Positions 13,201-23,634 of a stretch of DNA of 64,000 bases are shown one piece after another. The first letter of the stretch is position 1; each line of letters begins with the position of its first letter. The notes beneath the pieces are model-generated. The model made no database searches. It was not told the origin of the DNA and saw nothing but the letters and a program-made list of their open reading frames with translations. The DNA comes from Raillietiella orientalis (lineage: Eukaryota), in NCBI GenBank assembly GCA_036172245.1, contig JAYWIR010000010.1, forward strand, positions 186,001 through 250,000, read 5' to 3'. Both the position numbers and the translations under genes were made by a program.

Positions 13201-15584
13201 GTTTTGGGCCGCCAGGAAGGAACCCGCCGTTCCCCGTTTTCCCGCCCGGCCTTCCGCATGCGTCCTGAGAACGAGAGAGGAAAAAGGGCGAGGTAAGAGC
13301 AGAGTTGGGGGGAGGGAGGTCTGTCGCTCCCCGGACGCTCCTTCCAGGCTCGACAGTGCGAGAGCCCAGCTGCAGTCGCAGGGCGACGCACGCGGTTCAC
13401 TCACAGGCTCTTGTGTCTGCGGCGACGGGCGTCCCAGCATCTTCCGCTCGCGCTGCTCGAGCCAGGCCGCCTCCCTGAGAAGCGACAAGCAGCGCTCTCT
13501 CCCGAAGGGTCCACCCGGGAACTTGCGAGCGCGGAGTGCGAGTGCCCGCTTAACGCCGACGCGGCGCGCATCGCCCTAAGTCCTTCCCCGAATTCCATCC
13601 GGACTTTCCTTCCTCAACACAGCCTGCCTACCTCTCCCGACAACCAAGCGCCCTTGAGGTCCGAACGGGTGGGCTCGGACGAGATGCGCATCCATCGCTT
13701 GGTGCGAAGATTAGGTTTTCCTGGGTGTTTTCCCATCTCCCGGCCGGAACACTCAGCCCTGAAGTTCCACGAGCCTCAGGGAGGAGGGTTGGTTGGTTCC
13801 TGAAGAGCGGGAACAAGTCAGTTCCCATCCCTCTATGGATGTATTGTGCCCAGAGCTGTAGCCAAGGCAGCGACGTCTTCTTGTTCAGTAAAGAGCAGGA
13901 ACATGCTCATTCCCTTATGGACACATGGCGACACTGTGCTCAGACTGGTAGCCAAGGCAACGGTGTCTTGTACTGCGTTTCCGATCTCGGGCACTGAGAA
14001 AGGGGTCGAGGAGATTCGGTATCCGGCCATCACAGGTAGAACGAAGTTTTCAAACCCTCCGTCCCCTTGGAGTGTGCGAAGGCTGTAGGTCGAATCTCAG
14101 GCATATCAGAAGCCGCGTATCACCCTTGTGCCACTGTCGAACCTGGTGAGGATGTTCTGCCGCAGCTCGACTAGTTGGTACAGCAGAATAGCAGGACGTC
14201 TGTGATTGAAAAAGGTGGCAGAAGGGAAAGTCGCAGATCGATCGGCCAGGGAAAAAACCTTTTGCGTCATCTTTTTTCTCATGTTTAGAGTCCCATGGGA
14301 ATCCTGACTCCCCGTTCGCTTGTGAAGTGGAAAGTGGATTTATGCACGCACCTCTACTGGGCTCATTCTCTACTCGGTTTTTGAGCAGGGGTAATTCATG
14401 CTTGCAGTGGGGGGACCGCAATCTTGTCAGCACGGCTTCCGATCTTTGCGATTTCTTTGCCCTCGAGAGACGCTGCAAGTCTCAGGAAACGTCCATCGAA
14501 ATCCTAAAAAGAACCGCTGGTCCCAAATTCTATCACGTGTCATTTCGCGATCCATGAGACGTATTTACAAGTGCATGTGCATGCGTGTATACACGTATTC
14601 TTTTCACGGACTGAGACGCGGTCCTTGGAAACGCATCGAATCCCAGCTGATTCCGTGCACTTTCTAAAGTAGACGGCGTGACACGCTGTGCGCGTGGTCC
14701 CGGTGAGCTCTTCACCTGCGTGTACGGTACCATCCACATGCATATTCCAGCTGAACGGCACGTTCCGCCAAGAATCCGCTAAGGTGCGCAGACCCTCGAA
14801 AGTTCCGAATGAAAGCGCCAATCGGGAATTCGAAGCCAGTCTCCTAGCAATACAGGCCTGCTTCCTGTTGCAAGCTACGGGCCGCGTTCCGGAAACCGCC
14901 TGCGGGGGTGCCTTACTCGTTCGAGGATTTGGCGGAGCACTGGTCTTTTCGCATGCCCTCGGCTTCTAAGACGAGACAGCTGCCTCAGTTCCCTCCTCCT
15001 CACCCTCCTCATCCGCTATTGGGGATTTGTGGGCTGGAAACGAGCACACGAAACGCCTCCGCGTCTCCGAAGGTGGAGGGGAAATTCTTCTCTGTTCACA
15101 GGTTGTTGCAGCTTAGCCAGAACAGGATGCTGGTCCGAAAGCACGAATTCATGGACATTTTAACTATGGTCTCCGGGAACAAGGCCGGGAACCCGATTGT
15201 CTGGGATTACTACAGGTGAGTCCGAATAGCAGAAAGAGGCGAGGCCTCACATCTCGTTGATGCCAGAAACGAGTGGCCGAAATTGGTGGAGGAATTCGGG
15301 CTGACAAGCAGACGTCTAGGGTCCATATTTTTGTACATCAACGTCGACTCCATCTTGCACGAAAGGATGAAAGAGGTATAGCAGTGACGGACACTCACGC
15401 GAAGTTTTTTAATGTCCTGCTGCGATAGATGAAGAGGTTCATCGCCGAAAATCCTGAGGCAGGGGCAGGGAAGGCATCTCGTAGCCAGGCACTGGAGGCA
15501 GTGGAGAAGAACCTGTTCTGGAGCACGCACCAAGTTCCCGCAATAAGGCAGTGGCTGGATTCGTACTTTGTGCAGAACCCCTGA
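1020..15584 (+). CDS. M1-family zinc aminopeptidase, glutamyl aminopeptidase (aminopeptidase A/ENPEP)-like; 5'-partial, 13 exons in window, 708 aa
   Basis: Exons 1020-1278, 2522-2692, 2776-2873, 3225-3359, 5388-5692, 6048-6136, 9457-9584, 11655-11858, 11926-12005, 12102-12380, 15102-15215, 15267-15375 and 15429-15584 join in compatible phases to 2127 nt ending in TGA. The protein has GAMENWG, HELAH...NEGFA (HEXXH-x18-E), the catalytic Tyr in ISYEKG, and a C-terminus ([22 protein letters not shown]) resembling ENPEP. No N-terminal exons were found in 1-1019. Confidence 0.93.
2261..2448. repeat. Intronic inverted repeat, left arm
   Basis: 2280-2424 is the reverse complement of 4213-4357 with no mismatch seen by eye, and looser similarity extends to about 2448/4186. 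2261-2364 also matches 4725-4828 in reverse. Confidence 0.92.
2522..2692 (+). CDS. Aminopeptidase exon with GAMEN and HEXXH motifs
   Basis: ctttcag acceptor; [23 protein letters not shown]...[14 protein letters not shown]|gtaagt donor. Confidence 0.95.
2776..2873 (+). CDS. Aminopeptidase exon with third zinc ligand (NEGFA)
   Basis: ttgcag acceptor; [33 protein letters not shown]; gtgagc donor. Confidence 0.95.
3225..3359 (+). CDS. Aminopeptidase exon with catalytic Tyr (ISYEK)
   Basis: ctcttccag acceptor; ...[32 protein letters not shown]|gtgagt donor; not in the ORF track. Confidence 0.92.
4186..4357. repeat. Intronic inverted repeat, right arm 1
   Basis: Reverse complement of about 2280-2448. 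Confidence 0.92.
4725..4828. repeat. Intronic inverted repeat, right arm 2 (slightly diverged; begins CAGGGCTGCCGAACC, a DNA-transposon-like terminus)
   Basis: Reverse complement of 2261-2364 with a few substitutions; partial direct copy of 4273-4357. Confidence 0.85.
5388..5692 (+). CDS. Aminopeptidase exon
   Basis: cccctag acceptor; [13 protein letters not shown]...[18 protein letters not shown]|gtaggg donor. Confidence 0.92.
6048..6136 (+). CDS. Aminopeptidase exon
   Basis: tcttttag acceptor; [12 protein letters not shown]...LWLKRNSKH; gtaagt donor. Confidence 0.88.
9457..9584 (+). CDS. Aminopeptidase exon (start of ERAP1-like C-terminal domain)
   Basis: ccttccag acceptor; [16 protein letters not shown]...LEENHK; AG|gtactc donor. 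Confidence 0.9.
11655..11858 (+). CDS. Aminopeptidase exon
   Basis: cccag acceptor; [18 protein letters not shown]...ETGFVAW; gtgagc donor. Confidence 0.9.
11926..12005 (+). CDS. Aminopeptidase exon
   Basis: ctttccag acceptor; [26 protein letters not shown]; gtgagt donor. Confidence 0.85.
12102..12380 (+). CDS. Aminopeptidase exon ending at a probable GC donor
   Basis: ctttccag acceptor; [11 protein letters not shown]...CLQEA...VYKYG...[20 protein letters not shown]; followed by AG|gcaagt. Confidence 0.85.
13797..13970. repeat. Diverged tandem dimer, unit about 88 bp
   Basis: tgtgcccagagctgtagccaaggcagcgacgtctt versus tgtgctcagactggtagccaaggcaacggtgtctt, about 89 nt apart; upstream aagagcgggaaca/aagagcaggaaca also repeated. 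Confidence 0.6.
15102..15215 (+). CDS. Aminopeptidase exon
   Basis: gttcacag acceptor; [39 protein letters not shown]|gtgagt donor. Confidence 0.88.
15267..15375 (+). CDS. Aminopeptidase exon
   Basis: tgccag acceptor after a 51-nt intron; [20 protein letters not shown]...ERMKE; AG|gtatag donor. Confidence 0.82.
15429..15584 (+). CDS. Aminopeptidase terminal exon
   Basis: gatag acceptor; [31 protein letters not shown]...[14 protein letters not shown]. Confidence 0.88.
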   Translation: MKRFIAENPEAGAGKASRSQALEAVEKNLFWSTHQVPAIRQWLDSYFVQNP

Positions 15585-15611
15585 TTCTCAGTTGAGCCCG
15601 AAATCCTGCGC

Positions 15612-15617
15612 ATTAAA
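15612..15617 (+). terminator. Candidate polyadenylation signal (ATTAAA) of the aminopeptidase
   Basis: ATTAAA hexamer starts 28 nt after the stop codon; position is the only support. Confidence 0.35.
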
Positions 15618-17574
15618 CGTTTCCCATTTCACGAAAGATTCCCATTTTCTTCTCGAGGACGAGTGAGCGTTTTTCAGTCCCCAAGCGGAGAGGGCAGCCA
15701 CTGTCTCACGCTCGGCAGGAGCGCCCACAAAGGAGGACGCCGGCACTCTTTTAGCAAGACGGTGGGGATCGTGACAGAAGTGGTTGGATTTATTTCTTCC
15801 GGATTGGCATGGAGATCTTGGCATGTCGGTCCAAAGAAGAGGAGGGGGAGGAGGCGTCTTCACGCCTCCTCAATGCGCGCTTCAGTAGGAACAGGAGAGC
15901 TGCAGTCTCAACTCATCTGGAACTTCCATCTATTCGATAGCCTACTTTCTGCAGTCACCGCCCATCAAGGGAGAAGGTGACGGCGCCTCGAGCTGGGTAA
16001 TTCTAGCCGATGGACCTAGGAAAAAGTTGGCCGGATAAATGATGAAAGCAGAACACCTGTATTCTGATCCTCCGCTTTCACATAAACGACGCCCTCATGC
16101 ACTGAGCACACCTCGAGGGCCCACAGAGACTGACAGACGTTCCTTTTCCTCCTGCCATGTTGCCTGTGTTTCAGAAGAGTCGAACTCCAGAAGACGTAGC
16201 GCCTGTCGGAAAACCTCAAGTAGCTGCTGAGCAGCAGCAACGATCCCCTTGCGAGGGACGTAACTTGTGCGTGGAAGCTCGATGGGAATTCGAGCTGCCA
16301 CGCACTCCAAGAATGCGGTCGCGCGCTCTCCACGCGCTTTTCTTTTGCCATCGGGCTAGAAGAATGCAGGGTCAGGAAGGATGAGCACCGAGCAAGCTGT
16401 GTGTGTGAGACGAGCGGAGGCTAGGGGTCGAGGAGCGCTCCCGATGCGACTCCCATCGGTTCCCACGGAGCATGCCCGCCGCCACGGGCAGCGGGACGGC
16501 GGCAAGCAGGGAGACTGGGATCCTCTGGAGAGCGTGCCGCGGCTCCTCCTTCCGGAGCAGCTGGCCTTGAAGAGGCGGGTGGGGCTTGAGTGAGAAGCCT
16601 GCTCCTCCCAGCCTGCGGGACGTTCCTGCCGCCAAGAGGGCGGCGGCAGCGAAGGAAGGAAGGGATGGTCCGGGCACGCCTGGAGACGCCTTCGCCGCCA
16701 GCGCGGATCTTGGCGGCGGAAAGGAAACGCTCCAGCGAGATTCTGAAGGAGGGAAACCTGGTGCGGAGGAGGAGGACGGCATTCGAGCAGCCTCTGTAGA
16801 CACGGTTCGGTCGATCTCGGCTCCCCGACTGTTCCGCGTCCTTCGCTGCTCGCTGTTCCGTTGGCTTCAGCCATGCTCTTCAGTTCCGCGCCCGGTGTCT
16901 GCTTCCTTGTGGTCGTCTGGGTGCAGGAGACGCGTTGCGCATCATTCGGCTTCCGGCTGCATAAGTTCCGGAGGATTCTCCCTGCGTCTTGGTTCCGCTC
17001 GGAGCGACGCCGTGGTACGCGACGGCAGCGCGTGGATCTCGCCTTCGTTCTGGACGAGGAGTTCCGGTCATCGGAAAGACAACCGAAATCGACCCGCGTC
17101 GAGCGTCGGTCCTTCCTGCTCTTGCGATCCCAGGATCTTGGGTGCTGATCTCGACCTCCAGGTGCCTGTCCCGTTGCTCCCCATGAGAAATCTAAACCCA
17201 TGTCCCCTCGAAAGCAGAGCGCATAGCGACCGAGGTGCGCACCCATCCGTGCTTCCCAGGAAAAGAACCTTGGCGCCTTCGGGCGATCGACTGATACCGC
17301 CCTGTTCGACTGTTCGGAGTAACCAAGCAACGATTCTCGGGAAACGAGCGAGAAATCCAATTTGCTCCTATCAGTTTCTTATCTCTTACAACACACCTAT
17401 CTCGCGGCCGCCACATTGAACTATTAGCATGTAAGTGGACGAGAGACTTGGAGAGATTGTCTTCGTCCACAAAATGGACAGACAGCTCCCCTCCCGAGAT
17501 CCACGTTCCGCACTCCTGGGGGAGTGCTGCGAGGATCTCACTTTGCATTTGTTTTTTTGTCTTCCCTGGGAATA

Positions 17575-17724
17575 GTGGACCGATCCCGAGGGTACTGCAA
17601 TACCGGGTCAACCCGCGGCAGGAGAGGAGCAAGCTCCAAGCATCCTGTCCACTTCCAAAAAGTGGTTTAATATACTGGCCACCAGATAGGCGGCGTATCA
17701 GATAGTGAGCTGAATAAGAACAGA
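17575..17724 (-). pseudogene. U2: U2 snRNA 3' fragment (from about nt 40 to the 3' end), pseudogenised
   Basis: The minus strand reads TCTGTTCTTATTCAGCTCACTATCTGATACG...ATATTAAACCACTTTTTGGAA...GGAGCTTGCTCC...GGGTTGACCCGGTATTGCAGTACCCTCGGGATCGGTCCAC. This covers stem-loops IIa/IIb, an altered Sm site, SL III and SL IV with the AUUGCAGU loop. The first 39 nt are replaced by ...GAAATAAA. Confidence 0.9.
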
Positions 17725-19679
17725 TTTATTTCAATCGATAGTGCGTGCATCGCAAGAGATGAAGTGGAGGGCTCTGCAGGGGACGCAGCAGCGATTTTTC
17801 CTCTGAACTCCAGGAAGCGTCCGGATGCTGGGAGATGAAACTTGCACTCAGGACCAAACGAGGAGACTGCTCCTTACCGAAGGAACTCGTCCACTATCCA
17901 TTCATGCCAGAGAGGATGTGGATCCCGACGCGCTTTTCCTCACCCATCTTCCGAAACACAAATCTCCGTCACTACTCTGGCGAGAGAGAAACATCATCCC
18001 ACATATCTTTTCAGAAATCCTGACTGAGAGGAAGACCGCAGGGTCCGCGGAAAGGAACATCGGCTTGGCTCGCGGAGACGCGCATACACCGCCGGGCACG
18101 TGACACGAATGCAAAGTGGCTTTTTGTGGCTGGGGGGAGGGAGTTGGCACTGTGGGATGCCGGAATCCACTCCTTGCTCGGGCCTGACTCCCGAAAGCCC
18201 GTTTACAGGGAGAGGTGTGGTCGCGTCCCAGTTGTTACCCCGGAGCCGAACTCACCGTCCTGTCGATACGAAAGGAAAGCGTCGTGTTGTTGTAGGTACG
18301 TTGGAAGGTGCCGCGGTTATGCTGCGCTCCTCATGGAGACCACCGGGGTGCGTGCAAGCAGCACACCAGAAGAGGAGTTTCTTCCGCCCTCGTGATGGCG
18401 GCCTCAGCGGCACGAGTGCGCAACAATGCCTCGAGCCACGCAGCAACAGTTTCCTGGGAGTTCGGTCTCCCGGGGAACCATTGTTGCCTCTCTCGATCCA
18501 TCCAGGGTCGCACCTCGGTTCCACGAGGCAGCCACTTCCGTGGGGCGGCGAAATGTGCAGGTGGGCGGGGTAGGAGCCCGCTCCTCGTCCCGCCTCCTTC
18601 ACACAGTTTTCAGGGTCGTGCCGCGGCGGAGAATCGACCCATCCCGCCGCATCTGCTTCGTTCGAATCCGATCGGCGGCCGGACAGCGATCTAAGGAGCG
18701 CCCACCCCCGCGTGAGGAAGAGGGAGGAGGAGCGACGGCTCTCCGGCGGCCGCAACGGGAGGACCAGGCGACGGCGAGGCGCGCGATCGGGCGAGTCCAT
18801 TCAGACACTTCCCCTTCCGTTCGGTCGCGCGAACGGTGGTGTTCCTCGCCGTCCTTCGGGCCAGATGCTGGCGATCCGGACGGGATCCAGGCACTTGCAG
18901 ATCAGGGGGCGGGAGATGGTCGCCAAGCCTCGTCTGACCCACCCATGTTTCGTCTCCCCGTCCGCCCTCCTCCATCATCGCGACCACTGAGTAAGGAGAC
19001 TGGAGGAAGGGGGGGAGAGGGGAGGGGAGGCCTCTTTCGCCTCTGCTTTCCTTTCCGATGGGTCCCAGAGAAGCGGAGCTTCCCGGGGCGGGTCCAAGCT
19101 CTCGTGGGAGGTGGCCACGGATGTCGGACGCGCGCTCCGAGAGTGGACGGAGATGCCACGCACCTCCTAAGTATGAACCTTCCCGCCTCTTTGCCAGGCC
19201 CCCTCCTCCCAGAAGAGGAGGAGCCGCACCAGACCGTTGGTGCGCAGACCCCGGGAGCCAGGCGGCGAGGAGCGGGAGGCAGAGCCGCTCCCCTTTCCTG
19301 TTCCCAAAACCCTCGCGACCAGAAGAGCAAGGTCAAAGCTCTCCCGTGCAGCAGGCAGCAGCGAGGGAAGGGTCGGCTCGCGCCCCGGATGGTAAAAGAG
19401 GGGGCGGTGGCTGGAGCGACTCCCCTCCCCATCCCAAGACGCAGGGAGTGCGTAAGTTCTGCCGTCCGCGTTGAGGTGGTTTTTCTGTCCTCCTTAAGGG
19501 TCTCTCCAGTGGCCCATGATCCATCCCTCCTCTTCCCCATCACCCCTTCTCATTGCATCCATTTTTTTTTTTCGGATTTTCTTTCTTTTGGTTCGTCGAA
19601 TCCCTCAAGGGCTGTCGTTCGTCTGGCGGCTCACGAAACTCTGCGGAGTTGCCCATGCCACTGAGGGTGCGTGTTGTGA

Positions 19680-20680
19680 CTCTTCAAGTTAGATGAGAGC
19701 ACTCTATGACTACAGGAAGGAAGGCTCGGGAGGAGGCAGCAGTCCGTTCTTTTCTCACTCTTGGGAGGGAACCCCGAGAGGAACCCTCGCCCTGGTTGTC
19801 TCCAGAGGAAACCCCGAACGGAAAGCCCCTCTTCCTTGTTCTCTCAGGAGGGACCTCCGGAAAGGATCCGCTCCTTGTTGGTGCTTTTCCTCCGAAGAGA
19901 ACCCCGAAGAGACGCTTCCCGATTTCTCTGAGGGGCGCTTTCCGAAGGAAGAAGTGCACTTCTTGGCCAATCTGGAGAGGGCACTTCCTGAGGGGATATC
20001 GACCAGCTGCACGGGAAGGCGACGGCTCCCTGTTTGCTACCGAACGGAAACCCAGAAGAACTCCTGGATTCCTGGAAGGACCCCAGAGGCTCAAAGGGAA
20101 CGAGGGCATCTGAGGGTTTCCTTCTTCCACCAGTGCAGCACCCGAAAGTCCGTGGGCCAACCAGAGCCACCCTGCGGGGGACTCGAAACTTCACGACGCG
20201 CCCTCCGTTCTGGAATCCGCTCCTGGAAATTCTTCTCCGGAGGGAACTCCTGGAAGAGAACCACTCCTAGTTTCCTCCTCCTCTGAAGGGAACCACGAAA
20301 GGACGCTCCCTATTTCTCTGGAGGGCTGCTCCCCGAAGGGGGCAGCGAGTTTCCTGCCCTCTAGAGAGGTATCGACCAACCAAGTCCTCACCCCAGTAAA
20401 AGGAGGGGCAACGGTTTTTTTTTCTCAACCGGAGGGTAACGTTTCCTTGATGTCCTGGAAGGACCCCAGAGGATCAGTTCTCGATCCCGGTCACTCATCG
20501 GGGTATCCAGTTTTCACCAACCTCTACCAGCGACTCACCCGAATATGGGCCAACCAGAGCCATCCTGTCGGGGAGAACCCCGTCTCTCGGCGGGTCGACC
20601 CTTCCCCCGGGTAGGATTCGAATCCGGGACCTCCCGTGCCGCCTGCGGAGACTGCAGCCACAGGGTCTCCTTGCATCCAG
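19680..20680 (-). mobile_element. tRNA-B-box-headed dispersed repeat (SINE-like); tandem pair of partial copies (about 20200-20680 and 19680-20200)
   Basis: The minus strand has GGATTCGAATCC (B-box) followed by blocks shared with 53440-54065 and 59870-60532: gacagga..ctggttggccc, ggtccttccaggacatcaagga, ggatcctttccggaggtccc and aacaaggaagaggg. It ends in CTCATCTAACTTGAAGAG. Confidence 0.7.
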
Positions 20681-21481
20681 AGAGGTGTGGCTCGACCCCC
20701 TGCTACGAGGTAGCCCCCCTGAGGGTCTGGTCGCTGGGATCGCGTCCCAGCGCCCGCCGCCGCTCGCTGCAGCGAAGGCACCGGACATTGCTCCACCCCG
20801 GTCGTCCTCTCCAGGGAGTCTCCAGGAGATCCTTCGCGCCAGAGGGAGGGCGCGGCGGCGCTCATCCTGGAGGACGACGCCCCAGTCACCCTCGTACTTC
20901 TAGGCCTAGGGCGGGGGAGGACTCCTCTGCTCTCCCCCTTCGCCAGAGTTCCTGCGGGTCGCGAAGCGAGAAGCGGCGGACTGCCCCCAGACCTCTGCCT
21001 CCAGCATCCCCTCCCAGGGGAGCTCCCAAGGACCCCCACAGCGGAGGAAGGAAGCGGGCCCCCCATTCCGGCGATGGGGTGCGGGGTGGGGAGGGGGAGA
21101 CTGCGGAGGTCACTAGAAGGCCGCCGCCGGGAATTTCTTTTTCGATACAAGAGATGCTTTCACCGTTCCTCCTCTTCAGCGCCGTTCGCAGATCGGCGCC
21201 GCAGAGGGCGGAGGAGGTCGGCGGCGAACTCTGCTGGGGAACGGGGGCGCCCGGAGCCGAGGATGCGTGGGCTCTCCAGGCGGACCCTGAGGGCGGTGCC
21301 CCGAAGCTCCGCAGCACCTGCCTGCCGCAGCCACCGGGACCGTCATACGGGAGGGTCGGCTCTAGGAGGGGCCTCCCAGGTCTCCGCCACCCTCGAGGAG
21401 GAGTGCGCGTGGGCGGCGGAAGGGGTTGCCGGGACATAGCGCTGTCGTCCTCGCTTTTCTCGGTGTTCGACGTTCTAAAAA

Positions 21482-21565
21482 TAATTAGGATGACGTAAAC
21501 TCGAAAGTTTGAATCGATTGGTTAATGAGAATGACGCAAGCGAAGGTAAACTGACGCACTTGACG
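21482..21565. promoter_or_regulatory. AT-rich island with four TGACG (CRE/ATF half-site) motifs, an inverted CCAAT and TAATTA
   Basis: TGACG at 21491, 21532, 21552 and 21561; ATTGG at 21517; TAATTA at 21482; embedded in otherwise GC-rich DNA. Confidence 0.3.
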
Positions 21566-22148
21566 GTTGTCGAGTCCCGCGAAGGGTGCGAACCGGCGGA
21601 GAGGACTGCGGGCTTGTCAAGCGGGGAATGGTGGGAAGGGGGGAGGGGCACAGTGGCAACGTGGCTCGCGCTATGGGCGGGGAGGGGAGTTTGTGGGCTT
21701 GCGAGCCGTCCCGGCACATCTCGTTCCGCCCCTTTCTTGTTCCTCTCGCCAGGGCGTGTCCTCGAGGAGCGCTTCCGGCCAGCGTTCCACCGGTTTCTTG
21801 CACCACTCCTTGCCACGTAGCACCCCCTGTTCGCGACCCGAACAAACCGGGTCGTCCCCAAGAGACTCCACTCCAGGCGCTCCGCGGCCTGAAAAGGGCC
21901 GCATCGCCGCCCAGTGGAGAAGCCCCCATTGCCTCTTTCGATCCGGACCCGTGCCCATCCCGAATACCTCGTCCCCGTCCCCTCACCGGTTATACGCATC
22001 CGCTCATCCAGAGCTGCATGGGAAGTGGCTCTGGGGGTCGGGTCGCGCTGCGGCGCGCGCAGTCTGGGTTCCGTGCTGGTCGCCGGAGATCGACTTGGCC
22101 CACGTCGAGGGCGCCCCGAGGTAAGGCCCTGGGTCCTCCTGAGGGCAT

Positions 22149-23634
22149 CCCCCTCCGTAGAGGCGATGTCAGGTGGCACCGGAGACTCCTTGCGGATCCG
22201 CGCGTGGCTCCACCCCGACTAGAACAGTCCCATGGCACGGCTTCCAGCATCGGGGTAGGGAAGGCGACGCCCGCTGTTCCCCGAAACTGTTGGCGCCTCC
22301 CCGCCCAGCTGTCGAGGCTCGTGAAAATCGGAGGACGCTGCTGAGAGACGGTGGAGAACCGCGCCCTCCTCCCCAGCTCCGCGGCTCCTCCAGAAGAGAG
22401 ATCCAGCTCTGTCTCACGTGTGGGGAGGAAACTGGGTCTCTTCGGACGTGGTCGCCCGATCGCTGAGGCTGAGGACGCCCTGGCAGAGAGGCGTGGGAGG
22501 GAGGTCGCTTCCTACCTCCGCTTCGCCTCCTGGAGCCGAGTCCCGGAGCTTCGAGCAGGGAGGGTGCAGACAGCTCCAGGGAACAGCGGGCGTGGAGGCG
22601 GGGAGTGGCTTTCCCTTCCCCCTATGCCGGGAGGGAAGGTTGCTGAGGCGATTCCGATCGGAAGCTTCAGGCATTCGAGCGAGTCTCGGGAAACGAAACG
22701 GACAAGCGGAGTCATCTCGCGGGCGCAGATGCATCTAATTTTGGGGTGCGCGCTGTCCGGTCGCAGGGGAACAGAAAGTTGCTTGTGGTGGGCGCTGCGA
22801 AAGGGAGAATCCCCTACTCCCCCCCCTCGATTGTACGGGGTAGTGGAACTTGTTGACATCTGTTGGAAATCAGTGCTTCTGAGGCTTGCTCGACTTTCCC
22901 TCGGCCGGAGGAGACCGCCATCATGTGGCAACGCAGAGAAGCTCATCGGCTCACGAAGGCGTAGGAATCGAAAGGAGCGAATCGAGTTCAGATCCACCAA
23001 AGGGGGCTTGGGAAGAGCAGGGTGAAACCGCGCATGCAGAGGGGGACGCGCCAAGGGAGAAAAGAGGGAAGACAAGAGGAGGGAGAGAGGGAGAAAATGG
23101 CGGTCCTTCTTGCAAGGGACCTGTGGGCGGAGACGGCGTTCTGCCGGTCAGGCGGAAAGAGGGACGCTGCAGTCACACAGGGGTGATGCCGCACGCCGGC
23201 AGACTTCACAGCTCTCTTGGAGTCCCTCGGGGGAGGGGGAAGGGGGATGCACGCTCAGAGCCCCCCAGAGAGCTGTTAAAGGTCGCCCTACGAAAATGAG
23301 GCGGGACTTCTCTCTCAGCGACACCGGGGTATTTCTTCATCAAGAAGGGGAGTCAGCGAAGTAGGAAACCTTTCCTGCGGGACTCTGGGGTTTCAGGAGG
23401 GATCCTCGAAAGGGAGGAGGGAGGAGCACTGGTCGCTCACACGGAAGAACAGTTAGGGGTCAGAGGGAGTGGCTACAAATTAAAATAAGTGGGTAAGGAA
23501 GGGAAGGGGCTGGCATGCCTCTTCGACATCTCTGTGTCTTCTCTCCAAGCCTGCGTGCGGTGCGGGAGGCGTCTTCCCTCGCCCTCTCCTCAAGGAGTCT
23601 CCGGCGCCACCTGACATCGCCTCTACGGGGGGGG
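22149..23634. repeat. 44-bp inverted repeat pair (22149-22192 / 23591-23634)
   Basis: ccccctccgtagaggcgatgtcaggtggcaccggagactccttg versus the reverse complement of caaggagtctccggcgccacctgacatcgcctctacggggggggg; 2 mismatches. Confidence 0.85.

Noticed and set aside
17872..17990. Exon-like segment on the minus strand (ctcgccag ... gtaag) upstream of the U2 3' fragment
   Set aside because: Stop codons in all three frames, and no similarity to the Utopia C-terminus that I could recognise.
18426..19664. 412-aa plus-strand ORF (and similar long ORFs at 47899-49089, 24068-25174, 16356-17360 and 28554-29525)
   Set aside because: Low-complexity GC-driven translations with overlapping ORFs in several frames and no protein motifs or exon structure.
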